Positions 49,904 through 64,000 of a stretch of DNA of 64,000 nucleotides are shown one piece after another (the stretch's first letter is position 1; each line of letters opens with the position of its first letter). Made by a program: the position numbers and the translations under genes. The notes beneath the pieces are model-generated. The model was not told where the DNA came from and searched no databases. It saw nothing but the letters and a program-made list of their open reading frames with translations. This DNA is from Eledone cirrhosa (Eukaryota), in NCBI GenBank assembly GCA_964016885.1, contig OZ024765.1, positions 21,080,001 to 21,144,000 on the forward strand. Direction: 5' to 3'.

Positions 49904-52900
49904 CCACTTTACAGAGTGTACTGGGTGTATTTTATTGAGGCACAAGCTCTACCACTTTACAGAGTTTACTGGGTGTATTTTATTGTGACACCAGTACTAA
50001 CACTGTACAGAGTGTACTGGGTGTAATATATCATGACACCAACACTACCACTTTACAGAGTGTAATGGGTGTATTTTATCATCACACCAACATTACCACT
50101 TTACAGAGTGTACTGAGTGTATTTTATCATCACACCAACATTACCACTTTACAGAGTGTACTGGGTGTATTTTATCATCACACCATCACTACCACTTTAC
50201 AGAGTGTACTGGGTGTATTTTATCATGAGACCAACACTACCACTTTACAGAGTGTACTGGGTGTATTCTATCATGACACCAACACTACCACTTTACAGAA
50301 TGTACTTGGTGTATTGTATCATGACACCAACACTACCACTTTACAGAATGTACTGGGTGTATTTTATCATGACACCAACACTACCACTTTACAGAGTGTA
50401 CTGGGTGTAATATAACATGACACCAACACTACCACCTTACAGAGTGTACTGGGTGTATTATATCATGACACCAACACTACCACCTTACAGAGTGTACTGG
50501 GTGTATTATATCATGACACCAACACTACCACTTTACAGAGTGTACTGGGTGTATTATATCATGACACCAACACTACCACCTTACAGAGTGTACTGGGTGT
50601 ATTATATCATGACACCTACACTACCACCTTACAGAGTGTACTGGGTGTAATATAACATCACACCAACACTACCACCTTACAGAGTGTACTGGGTGTATTA
50701 TATCATGACACCTACACTACCACCTTACAGAGTGTACTGGGTGTATTATATCATGACACCTACACTACCACCTTACAGAGTGTACTGGGTGTATTATATC
50801 ATGACACCTACACTACCACTTTACAGAGTGTACTAGGTGTAATATAACATGACACCAACACTACCACCTTACAGAGTGTACTGGGTGTATTATATCATGA
50901 CACCAACACTACCACCTTACAGAGTGTACTGGGTGTATTATATCATGACACCAACACTACCACTTTACAGAGTGTACTGGGTGTAATATAACATGACACC
51001 AACACTACCACCTTACAGAGTGTACTGGGTGTATTATATCATGACACCTACACTACCACCTTACAGAGTGTACTGGGTGTAATATAACATCACACCAACA
51101 CTACCACCTTACAGAGTGTACTGGGTGTATTATATCATGACACCTACACTACCACCTTACAGAGTGTACTGGGTGTATTATATCATGACACCTACACTAC
51201 CACTTTACAGAGTGTACTGGGTGTAATATAACATCACACCAACACTACCACCTTACAGAGTGTACTGGGTGTATTATATCATGACACCAACACTACCACT
51301 TTACAGAGTGTACTGAGTGTATTATATCATGACACCAACACTACCACTTTACAGAGTGTACTGGGTGTAATATAACATGACTCCAACACTACCACCTTAC
51401 AGAGTGTACTGGGTGTATTATATCATGACACCAACACTACCACCTTACAGAGTGTACTGGGTGTATTATATCATGACACCAACACTACCACTTTACAGAG
51501 TGTACTGGGTGTATTATATCATGACACCAACACTACCACTTTACAGAGTGTACTGGGTGTAATATAACATCACACCAACACTACCACCTTACAGAGTGTA
51601 CTGGGTGTATTATATCATGACACCAACACTACCACTTTACAGAGTGTACTGGGTGTATTTTATTATGACACCAGCACTAACACTTTACAGAGTGGACTGG
51701 GTGTATTATATCATGACACCAACACTACCACTTTACAGAGTGTACTGGGTGTATTTTATCATGACACCAGCACTAACACTTTACAGAGTGGACTGGGTGT
51801 ATTATATCATGACACCAACACTACCACTTTACAGAGTGTACTGGGTGTATTATATCATGACACCAACACTACCACTTTACAAAGTGTACTGGGTGTAATA
51901 TAACATCACACCAACACTACCACCTTACAGAGTGTACTGGGTGTATTATATCATGACACCAACACTACCACTTTACAGAGTGTACTGGGTGTATTTTATT
52001 ATGACACCAGCACTAACACTTTACAGAGTGTACTGGGTGTATTATATCATGACACCAACACTACCACTTTACAGAGTGTACTGGGTGTATTTTATCATGA
52101 CACCAGCACTAACACTTTACAGAGTGGACTGGGTGTATTATATCATGACACCAACACTACCACTTTACAGAGTGTACTGGGTGTATTATATCATGACACC
52201 AACACTACCACTTTACAGAGTGTACTGGGTGTAATATAACATCACACCAACACTACCACCTTACAGAGTGTACTGGGTGTATTATATCATGACACCTACA
52301 CTACCACCTTACAGAGTGTACTGGGTGTATTATATCATGACACCAACACTACCACTTTACAGAGTGTACTGAGTGTATTATATCATGACACCAACAGTAC
52401 CACTTTACAGAGTGTACTGGGTGTATTTTATTATGACACCAGCACTAACACTTTACAGAGTGTACTGGGTGTATTATATCATGACACCAACACTACCACT
52501 TTACAGAGTGTACTGGGTGTATTTTATCATGACACCAGCACTAACACTTTACAGAGTGGACTGGGTGTATTATATCATGACACCAACACTACCACTTTAC
52601 AGAGTGTACTGGGTGTATTATATCATGACACCTACACTACCACCTTACAGAGTGTACTGGGTGTATTATATCATGACACCAACACTACCACTTTACAGAG
52701 TGTACTGGGTGTATTATATCATGACACCAACACTACCACTTTACAGAGTGTACTGGGTGTATTATATCATGACACCAACACTACCACTTTACAGAGTGTA
52801 CTGGGTGTATTATATCATGACACCTACACTACCACCTTACAGAGTGTACTGGGTGTATTATATCATGACACCTACACTACCACCTTACAGAGTGTACTGG

Positions 52901-52965
52901 GTGTATTATATCATGACACCTACACTACCACCTTACAGAGTGTACTGGGTGTATTATATCATGAC
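49904..52965. repeat. 48-bp satellite, ~64 copies
   Basis: Unit accactttacagagtgtactgggtgtattatatcatgacaccaacact. Confidence 0.98.
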
Positions 52966-53088
52966 TAAACTCTCCCTCCAAGTGTATGCTGTGTATCTTA
53001 ACTATAATAAAGAAAGGAATGCGGGACTGCATCTAGAATATATTTTTTTACCCCGTTTGTAAAATAAGTTGGATTACTTTCAATAAAT

Positions 53089-53203
53089 AATTGTTTCTAC
53101 TTTAGACACAAGGCCAGCAATTACCCAGTGCATTACTGGTACTTTATTTTATCGACCCCGTAAGGATGAAAGGCAAAGTCAACCTCGGCGGGATTTGAAC
53201 TCA
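53089..53203 (-). mobile_element. SINE family B, 5'-truncated
   Basis: Matches ~9636-9750. Confidence 0.85.
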
Positions 53204-53214
53204 ATAAATAATGA

Positions 53215-53912
53215 ATGAATATTACATAATTTATCTACTAAATTTCTTGGCTGTTGATTAAATATATTTTATAGCTTATTTAAAGATCTTTAAAATTCAC
53301 TTCTTTAAAATTTTCAAATGTCAACACTTCCTGTTAGCGGCCATTATATTATATCACATATATTTCCGTCACTAATTTTCTGCTAATGCAGTTTATATAT
53401 AATATCGTCTTTTATTAATGTATCATGGATTACGTTACTGATTACATAAGACAGTGTAACACAGTCTTCGTTCAATTTCTGTGTATATTGTCAATTACAA
53501 TTTTATTTACATGTATATATATTTGCGTATAATATCAATATACACCAAGGGCGGTGCCCCAGCATGGCCTCAGCCGGATGGCTGAAACAGGTAAAAGAGT
53601 AAAAGAGTATACACACTACACATGTATCTATACTTGCGTATAATATCAATATACACACAACACATGCTAGCAGAAAAATCACCCTACGGGTAGTTTTTCT
53701 GCTAGTAAATTTAATGAAAGCTGTCAGCTATGTTGAAGGTTATGTTTCAAATAAAGTGAAGTGTGGTAGGTGGTGAGGCTGATGTAGCGGAGGAGGTGTA
53801 ATTTATATTTATGCTTCTGTCATTTTATTGCCTCATGAGTTATTATGGTGATTTCAAGTTCGGAAATAAACACACAGACACACACACACACACCCACACA
53901 CATATATATGTA

Positions 53913-53949
<37 letters not shown>

Positions 53950-56900
53950 GGTGTCCCCAAAAATTTGACATCATTTCGCAGGCCAATAATTTTGGCAATT
54001 CTTGTTGAAATAACCTCAAATTTTCACAGAATGTATAGAAACAGTTCAAGATTTTATATTTAATGTTTTATATTTTTCTCTTTTCAGGTTGAGAAATGCC
54101 GTTCACTTCCAAAGAAAAGTCATTTTGCATCTTGGAATATGCTCGAACACAGTCACCCAAGACTGTGCAGCGTGATTTCAATGCAAAATTTGGAAAAAAG
54201 GTCACCAACTGGCCAACAAATTTGGACATTAGTACCAAACATTTAAAGAGGAAGGCTGCTTATGCAGGGCTAAAGGATCTGGAAGATCATCATCAACATC
54301 AGAAGAGAAGGTCGAGCAAGTTCGTGTAAAACTCTTGTGAAGCCCCAAGAAGTCCGTAAGGAGAACAAGTTTGGAAACCCAGATTCCTCGAATGACGGTT
54401 TGGTGTTTCCTGAGGAAACGATTGGAAATGAAACCCTACCGTCTGCAGCTCGTTCAGGCTTTAAAAGCAGATGACAAGCGAAAACGTCAAGAATTCTGTG
54501 TTGACACGCTACAGAAACTTGAAGAAGACGAGTTCGACAAACGTCTAATTTTCAGTGATGAAGCCACATTTCATACGAATGGAAAAGTCAATAGGCGCAG
54601 TGTTCGCATTTGGGGCGTAGAAAATCCCCATGCCACAATTGAACATGAGAGGGACTCGCCAAAAGTGAATGTGTTCTGTGCCATCTCCATCAACCAAATT
54701 CGCGGCCCGTTTTTCTTTGACGAAACTGTGACCAGAGAGGGTTACCTGCCAATGCTTCGGAACTGGCTAATTGATGAGCTCATTGAAAGTGAACATGAGA
54801 ACTTCATTTTTCAACAGGATGGGGCTCTACTCCACTGGAAGAAGGCAGTACGTGCTTATCTCGATGAGAATCTGCCAGAGAGGTGGATGGATCGGGCGTG
54901 GTGGAGATGAAAACAGTTTGCTGATGAAATGGCCGCCGCGATCACCGGACCTGTCCCCGTGTGATTTCTTTTTATGGGGATATGTGAAGGGACTGGTCTA
55001 ATGAATATTACATAAGGGACTGGTCTAATGAATATTACATAATTTATCTACTAAATTTCGTGGCTGTTGATTAAATATATTTTATAGCTTATTTAAAGAT
55101 CTTTAAAATTCACTTCTTTAAAATTTTCAAATGTCAACACTTCCTGTTAGCGGCCATTATATTATATCACATATATTTCCGTCACTAATTTTCTGCTAAT
55201 GCAGTTTATATATAATATCGTCTTTTATTAATGTATCATGGATTACGTTACTGATTACATAAGACAGTGTAACACAGTCTCCGTTCAATTTCTGTGTATA
55301 TTGTCAATTACAATTTTATTTACATGTATATATATTTGCGTATAATATCAATATACACACTACACATGTATCTATACTTGCGTATAATATCAATATACAC
55401 ACAACACATGCTAGCAGAAAAATCACCCTACGGGTAGTTTTTCTGCTAGTAAATTTAATGAAAGCTGTCAGCTATGTTGAAGGTTATGTTTCAAATAAAG
55501 TGAAGTGTGGTAGGTGGTGAGGCTGATGTAGCGGAGGAGGTGTAATTTATATTTATGCTTCTGTCATTTTATTGCCTCATGAGTTATTATGGTGATTTCA
55601 AGTTCGGAAATAAACACACAGACACACACACACACACCCACACACATATATATGTAATCATATATATATATATATATATATATATACAGGGTGTTCCCAA
55701 AAATTTGACATCATTTCGCAGGCCAATAATTTTAGCAATTCTTGTTGAAATAACCTCAAATTTTCACAGAATGTATAGAAACAGTTCAAGATTTTATATT
55801 TAATGTTTTATATTTTTCTCTTTTCAGGTTGAGAAATGCCGTTCACTTCCAAAGAAAAGTCATTTTGCATCTTGGAATATGCTCGAACACAGTCACCCAA
55901 GACTGTGCAGCGTGATTTCAATGCAAAATTTGGAAAAAAGGTCACCAACTGGCCAACAAATTTGGACCTGGTACCAAACATTTAAAGAGGAAGGCTGCTT
56001 ATGCAGGGCTAAAGGATCTGGAAGATCATCATCAACATCAGAAGAGAAGGTCGAGCAAGTTCGTGTAAAACTCTTGCGAAGCCCCAAGAAGTCCGTAAGG
56101 AGAACAAGTTTGGAAACCCAGATTCCTCGAATGACGGTTTGGTGTTTCCTGAGGAAACGATTGGAAATGAAACCCTACCGTCTGCAGCTCGTTCAGGCTT
56201 TAAAAGCAGATGACAAGCGAAAACGTCAAGAATTCTGTGTTGACACGCTACAGAAACTTGAAGAAGACGAGTTCGACAAACGTCTAATTTTCAGTGATGA
56301 AGCCACATTTCATACGAATGGAAAAGTCAATAGGCGCAGTGTTCGCATTTGGGGCGTAGAAAATCCCCATGCCACAATTGAACATGAGAGGGACTCGCCA
56401 AAAGTGAATGTGTTCTGTGCCATCTCCATCAACCAAATTCGCGGCCCGTTTTTCTTTGACGAAACTGTGACCAGAGAGGGTTACCTGCCAATGCTTCGGA
56501 ACTGGCTAATTGATGAGCTCATTGAAAGTGAACATGAGAACTTCATTTTTCAACAGGATGGGGCTCTACTCCACTGGAAGAAGGCAGTACGTGCTTATCT
56601 CGATGAGAATCTGCCAGAGAGGTGGATGGATCGGGCGTGGTGGAGATGAAAACAGTTTGCTGATGAAATGGCCGCCGCGATCACCGGACCTGTCCCCGTG
56701 TGATTTCTTTTTATGGGGATATGTGAAGGGACTGGTCTAATGAATATTACATAAGGGACTGGTCTAATGAATATTACATAATTTATCTACTAAATTTCGT
56801 GGCTGTTGATTAAATATATTTTATAGCTTATTTAAAGATCTTTAAAATTCACTTCTTTAAAATTTTCAAATGTCAACACTTCCTGTTAGCGGCCATTATA

Positions 56901-57395
56901 TTATATCACATATATTTCCGTCACTAATTTTCTGCTAATGCAGTTTATATATAATATCGTCTTTTATTAATGTATCATGGATTACGTTACTGATTACATA
57001 AGACAGTGTAACACAGTCTCCGTTCAATTTCTGTGTATATTGTCAATTACAATTTTATTTACATGTATATATATTTGCGTATAATATCAATATACACACT
57101 ACACATGTATCTATACTTGCGTATAATATCAATATACACACAACACATGCTAGCAGAAAAATCACCCTACGGGTAGTTTTTCTGCTAGTAAATTTAATGA
57201 AAGCTGTCAGCTATGTTGAAGGTTATGTTTCAAATAAAGTGAAGTGTGGTAGGTGGTGAGGCTGATGTAGCGGAGGAGGTGTAATTTATATTTATGCTTC
57301 TGTCATTTTATTGCCTCATGAGTTATTATGGTGATTTCAAGTTCGGAAATAAACACACAGACACACACACACACACCCACACACATATATATGTA

Positions 57396-57430
<35 letters not shown>

Positions 57431-58607
57431 GGTGTCCCCAAAAATTTGACATCATTTCGCAGGCCAATAATTTTGGCAATTCTTGTTGAAATAACCTCAA
57501 ATTTTCTCAGAATGTATAGAAACAGTTCAAGATTTTATATTTAATGTTTTATATTTTTCTCTTTTCAGGTTGAGAAATGCCGTTCACTTCCAAAGAAAAG
57601 TCATTTTGCATCTTGGAATATGCTCGAACACAGTCACCCAAGACTGTGCAGTGTGCCTTCAATGCAAAATTTGGAAAAAAGGTCACCAACTGACAAACAA
57701 ATTTGGACTTGGTACCAAACATTTAAAGAGGAAGGCTGCTTATGCAGGGCTAAAGGATCTGGAAGATCATCATCAACATCAGAAGAGAAGGTCGAGCAAG
57801 TTCGTGTAAAACTCTTGCGAAGCCCCAAGAAGTCCGTAAGGAGAACAAGTTTGGAAACCCAGATTCCTCGAATGACGGTTTGGTGTTTCCTGAGGAAACG
57901 ATTGGAAATGAAACCCTACCGTCTGCAGCTCGTTCAGGCTTTAAAAGCAGATGACAAGCGAAAACGTCAAGAATTCTGTGTTGACACGCTACAGAAACTT
58001 GAAGAAGACGAGTTCGACAAACGTCTAATTTTCAGTGATGAAGCCACATTTCATACGAATGGAAAAGTCAATAGGCGCAGTGTTCGCATTTGGGGCGTAG
58101 AAAATCCCCATGCCACAATTGAACATGAGAGGGACTCGCCAAAAGTGAATGTGTTCTGTGCCATCTCCATCAACCAAATTCGCGGCCCGTTTTTCTTTGA
58201 CGAAACTGTGACCAGAGAGGGTTACCTGCCAATGCTTCGGAACTGGCTAATTGATGAGCTCATTGAAAGTGAACATGAGAACTTCATTTTTCAACAGGAT
58301 GGGGCTCTACTCCACTGGAAGAAGGCAGTACGTGCTTATCTCGATGAGAATCTGCCAGAGAGGTGGATGGATCGGGCGTGGTGGAGATGAAAACAGTTTG
58401 CTGATAAAATGGCCGCCGCGATCACCGGACCTGTCCCCGTGTGATTTCTTTTTATGGGGATATGTGAAGGGACTGGTCTAATGAATATTACATAAGGGAC
58501 TGGTCTAATGAATATTACATAATTTATCTACTAAATTTCGTGGCTGTTGATTAAATATATTTTATAGCTTATCTTTAAAATTCACTTCTTTAAAATTTTC
58601 AAATGTC
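53215..58607 (+). repeat. ~1.74-kb tandem triplication (flank + 5' three-quarters of a Tc1/mariner)
   Basis: Left TIR at 53947, 55687 and 57428; identical junctions at 55001, 56740 and 58481. Confidence 0.95.
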
Positions 58608-58934
58608 TTTTTATGGGGATATGTGAAGGGACTGGTCTAACCCCCCCCCCCCCACATCAATGTTAATTGATGAACTCAAGCAGAGAATCACTTCCGCACT
58701 GGATAATGTTACCGGAGAGACATGCTGCAGCGTGTTTGGCAAGAGCTTGACTACCGACTTGACGTGTGCCGTGTCACGGGCGGGTCACATATTGAACACT
58801 TGTGAAATCAGTCGCAGAATTTGAGTGAATAAAGTTATGGTGTTCAATACCTCAACTGTTCGATTTCATTGAGATAGACTTGGTAGTTTTCCACATATTG
58901 GCTTTTAAAATGATGTCAAATTTTTGGGGACACC

Positions 58935-58937
<3 letters not shown>
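53947..58937 (+). mobile_element. Tc1/mariner DNA transposon, rosa/Visitor (DD41D)-like, rearranged
   Basis: TA-flanked TIRs cagggtgtccccaaaaatttgacatcattt / aaatgatgtcaaatttttggggacaccctg; FSDEA, QQDGA, WPPRSPDLSPCDFFLWG motifs. Confidence 0.92.
57577..58805 (+). pseudogene. Transposase pseudogene (third copy plus C-terminus; other copies 54096-55000 and 55836-56739)
   Basis: MPFTSKEKSFCILEYARTQS... to ...RLDVCRVTGGSHIEHL* (TGA 58803-58805); frameshifts, including a shared 4-bp tgga duplication. Confidence 0.88.
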
Positions 58938-59785
<848 letters not shown>

Positions 59786-59904
59786 CTGTATTTTGATTAA
59801 GTAAAGAGATATCTCTGTGGGAGAGTTTTCCCATCATGAATATTTCAACATTAAAGTTGGACAATAAATATAAAAACAGCTGCCTATATAATAATAATGA
59901 TAAT

Positions 59905-60250
59905 AATTGTTTCTACTTTTGGCACAAAGCCAGCAATTTCCCAGTGAATTACTGGTACTTTATTTTATCGACCCCGTAAGAATGAAAGGCAAAGTCAACC
60001 TCGGCGGGATTTGAACTCAGATCGTAAAGGGACGTAACTGTGCTGGAAAGCAATAATAATAATAATTGTTTCTAATTTAGGCACAAGGCCAGCAATTACC
60101 CAGTACATTACTGGTACTTTATTTTATCGACCCCGTAAGGATGAAAGGCAAAGTTAACCTCGGCGGGATTTGAACTCAGACTGTAAAGAGACGTAACTGT
60201 GCTAGAAAGCATGGCGTCCAACCCTCTACCCATACTGCCAATTCACCGCC
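59905..60250 (-). mobile_element. Two adjacent SINE family B copies (59905-60051 truncated; 60064-60250 full) separated and flanked by (AAT)n
   Basis: Alignment with 9636-9820. Confidence 0.88.
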
Positions 60251-60261
60251 AATAATAATAA

Positions 60262-63200
60262 TACTTTCTTTATTAACCACAAGGGTTTACATGAAGTAGA
60301 CATTAAGGACAGTACAGGACAATACAGGACGGTACAAATGGGCATTTCTGCGTGTAAAAAACAAAAACAGAGGATGTAACAAAAAAATAACAATGAAAAA
60401 TTCCCCAACAGGAGAGAGACTTCCGAGGGACATTTGTGGAGAAAGCCCATTAAAAGGCCACAGTGACCCTGACCACCAGGGCAAGTGCCCTCTCCCAGTT
60501 TTCCACCTTTAATTTACAGACACATACTCAGAGTAGGCCCATTCACTCGGGCCATTCTTGCCTCTCTCCCCCATCTTTCAACAAAATGCTGGGAAGAGAG
60601 CACCTCCCTCTCTACCCTGATTTTCCTTTTCAAATGAAATTTGAAAAAGTTAATCAGGGCATCACCGAAGAGATAAGTGCTCGTCTTCAGCCCTTTCAAA
60701 CGCGTCCACCATACTATCTCTTTCGCCATGGCCACCAGACAGATAAAAACTGCCTGCCCTTCCAGGCTAAAGGAAGGGTGCGGGGCAATCCTCACGATGG
60801 ACTCAGCTGATAGCCGGATCCGTCCTACACGTGACAGCAGGTGTTCGACATAAACCCACAAGTCAGCAATGCTCGGACACTGGACGAGTGCGTGCAGGAC
60901 GGTTTCGTCGCCCTGCGCGCATCTCGGACATGCCCGGCTGATGGCACCTCCATGCCTGCAGAGATTATCCCGAACTGGCAAGGCTCCTCGGTAGCACTGC
61001 CAGGCCAGGGATTTCTGGAAGTTGTCCATAGGGCCCGGCCCGAAAGTTCTTCCGAAGAGATTGGCTAGTTGATTTTCGTTGATGCCTAGAGTTTCCCCAA
61101 GTACGTCGTCGCTCTTCCCCTCCACTAATCCTCTATAGAACGCCGAGGTGGAGTTTCCACCGATCACATTCCAGTCTCCAAGCGCTCCCTCTCGGTCTTC
61201 GCTTGACCCAGGACTGCAGCTGTGTCAAGGAGACAAGCTGGGGAAAGACGCGTCTAGCAAACAGCGACCACACCTGATCACCATCGAGGAAGAGGTGGAG
61301 ATGTCGTAGCCTGAGCGCGTGTCTGCGCATCATCAGCCATGGCATGCCCAGCCCTCCACGTAGCGGGTGTTGACAACAGATGGACCGCCTGACCATCGGA
61401 GCGCGTCCCTTCCACAAAAAGCGAAAGAGCAAACGCTCCAGCGCAGTCAGGCGGGGCTTAGGACAAGGTACGACGGTCAGGCGGTAGCAGATGACGGACG
61501 CGCTGTACGCGTTAGCCACCTCCACTCGACCTTTCAGGGATAGCTTCCTCTCCACCCATTTCTGGGTGAGAGAAGCCACCCTGCTCATCACCTCGTCCCA
61601 GTTTTTGTCCGTCTGGAGGTCCAGACCGAACCAGACCCCTAGCAATTTAACCGGTCCGTCCGTCCAGCGTCCGACGACGCTGTTGGACGGCATGGACATG
61701 CCTCTCCAGGTATCGAACTGCAGGCCCACTGACTTTTCCTGGTTGGTCATTGCTCCTGTCACCGCTTCGTATTCTCTTAGTGTAGTGGCGATCGCCTCGA
61801 TGTGTTTGGCGTTCGACACCACTACGGTGACATCGTCCGCATATGCTGACACGGATCTTCCGCATCCTAGTTCGTGCGGGACCCCGCTCAACGTCTCCAG
61901 TTTGTGCAGTAATGGCTCGAGAGTCAATACGTACAAGAGGGACGAGAGGGGACATCCTTGCCGGACCGAGCGCATGATGTTGAACGGTTCCGAAAGGTGA
62001 GCATTCACTCTCACCACAGAGCAGATGTCGCTGTGCATGGCAGCGATCCAGCCTCTGAAGACGGGCCCAAAGCCAGCCGCCTTCAGGACTGCCGCTAGGT
62101 AATGATGGTCGACCCTATCGAAAGCTTTCGACTGATCTAAATTGATCAAGGACCCACCCACGCCAGGTTCCCTAGCTACCCTATCCACGATGTATCGCAT
62201 GAGGTGGAAGTTGTCGTGGATGGATCTGTCGGGAATGGCGCATGTCTGCACCTCTCCCACCAGACCACCAACGACAAGCGCCAACCTCTTTGCTAGCACC
62301 TTGGCCAAAATCTTGAACTCTGTGTTTAGCAGAGTTATGGGCCTGAAATTATCTATGTTATCCCCCTTGATCGGATCCTTTCTCAGCAGCGCCACCGCTC
62401 CTCGGCTCACAGAGCTGGGAATTCTCCCGTTCCGTTGCCAGTTGCAGTAGACGTCCGCCAAGAGGCCTCCGAACAAGTCTGGCATCTGTACGTAAAGTTC
62501 ATAGGGCAGACCATCCAAACCAGGCGATTTACCCCTTGTGCAGCCAGTCATTGTCTCCCGTACTTCAGCGGCTGTTATCGGCTTTTCGCAACACTCCGCC
62601 TCAGTGGCCGAGAGCCGCAGCAGTCCGTCGAGGTAGACACTAAAGTCCATCCCTCGATCCGGCCCGCCACTGCCCCCGAATAGCTGAGCGAAGTGTCGCT
62701 GAAAAGCTTCACATATTTGCCCGGGATCGAGTAGCATGTGCCCGTCGTGGTCCACCAAAGACCGGATCGTCACTTTGTAGCCACGACACGCCTCCGCCAC
62801 TCGGGCCCATTGAACGGCTTTCGTCCCCTCATGTCTGAGAGCACGTACCCTAACTTTGACAACGCAGCCTTCGTGCTTTGCATTGAAGAATTGGTCAAGG
62901 GCCAATTTCGCCGCAAGTACGTCGGTCGCGATGCCTTTGCTAAGCGCCTCGTCTAATTTTCTAACTAGTTCTCCCTCCGCTCTATTTTTCTCTATTGCTA
63001 AAGCCTTACTAAACCTAATGGACTCTATTCTAATCGCTCTTTTCAGAGCAAACCACCACTTGTTGTTGATAGCCCCCGTCAACGCTTGCTTAACTAGTTC
63101 GCTAATCCGGTCTCTGTAGGCCTTGCGCACTGGTAAGGACGCGTTTAGCTTCCCGTAGCCGGGTCTTTGTCTATGAAGCCTATCTAAGTCAAGCACACAG

Positions 63201-64000
63201 ATCACGAATTTGTGGTCCGTGTAGCTGACTATCTTGAATTGTGGACAGCCTATACTAGACCTATCTATTTCCCTACAAAATACTCTATCTAGATATGATC
63301 TGGATGACCCGATGCGGTTTGTCCAAGTCCACATTGGCACATTCGTGAAATCCAATCGGTACCTGTCAGACAGTTCAAAACGGCTCCCCTATCTGCTAAT
63401 CCTACACAGTCCCAGCGTGCATCTAAGATCCCATTCCAGTCGCCCACTAACACTAAAGAACGGGACGTTCCTAGAAAGGTCTCCAGACGCCGGAAGAAAT
63501 CAGGCCGCCCTGCTCCTGTCGGGGCATAGACGGCCACTAGCTTGAAAGCTTGCCCGTCTCTGCTGGTCACTTCCAGCACCACCAACTTACCTTCTGGGTC
63601 CAGGAAGATGGCCCGTATGGCGAGATCCAAACCTCTCCGAAAAAGCACAGCAACTCCTCCCCCCATCCAGGACGGCTGGGAGATGCGTACACATCATAGA
63701 CGCCGAAGATCGGTGTGAAGGCCCATGCTTTGGAGATTCTGGTCTCGCTGATGGCCACTACATCTATGTTTAGTGACCTGAGGTCGTTGAGCAGGTGGCC
63801 CTGCTTCCATGATGACCCCAAGCCACGCATATTTATGCTGCCTATTCTGAGTGAGGTCATGTTGAAATGGAGTGGAAAAGATGGGAAAGACCACTTACCT
63901 TACTTCTCGTAGAGGAAGGATGGTTTCTCCATCCCTTTTCACTTGGTCGTCTGGTGAAGGGACTGTTGAATCGTCCCTTCGGCTGGTCGTCGGCTCTTCT
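60262..64000 (-). mobile_element. Second Tx1/L1-clade LINE (runs off the window end)
   Basis: 3' end cccttgtggttaataaagaaag(tat)n; ORF2 homologous to 35652-39066. Confidence 0.93.
60514..63860 (-). pseudogene. Tx1/L1 ORF2 (endonuclease-RT-zf), frameshifted
   Basis: INMRGL, AVYAP, GDWN, SYLD, TDH, FRPITLLN, YADD, CPRC..ETVLHALVQC across four ORF-track segments. Confidence 0.92.

Noticed and set aside
53667-53705. ctagcagaaaaa...tttttctgctag hairpin as an intrinsic terminator
   Set aside because: Eukaryotic context; more likely a tiny TE-end remnant, too short to classify.

Overview
Eukaryotic, very repeat-rich animal DNA; the SINE/LINE repertoire and (TA/CA/CAT)n abundance suggest an octopod cephalopod (inference). 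Almost all long ORFs in the track are microsatellite artefacts. Real content: two 3' exons of a host gene (+, 4574-4667 and 7320-7418) and a possible convergent terminal exon (-). Four satellite arrays of 79, 74, 72 and 48 bp, two of which appear to be born from transposon sequence. Two degenerate Tx1/L1-type LINEs, an RTE LINE with an in-frame PHD-like finger plus many RTE fragments, an R4/Dong remnant, two tRNA-derived SINE families (one a CORE-SINE sharing RTE tails), a tandemly triplicated rosa/Visitor-like Tc1/mariner, MITEs and a probable solo LTR. The most unusual signal is a set of short non-coding elements in (TA)n tracts that carry minimal hammerhead ribozymes (Penelope pLTR/retrozyme-like). 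They often sit as fold-back palindromes, including one with an intact hammerhead on each strand.
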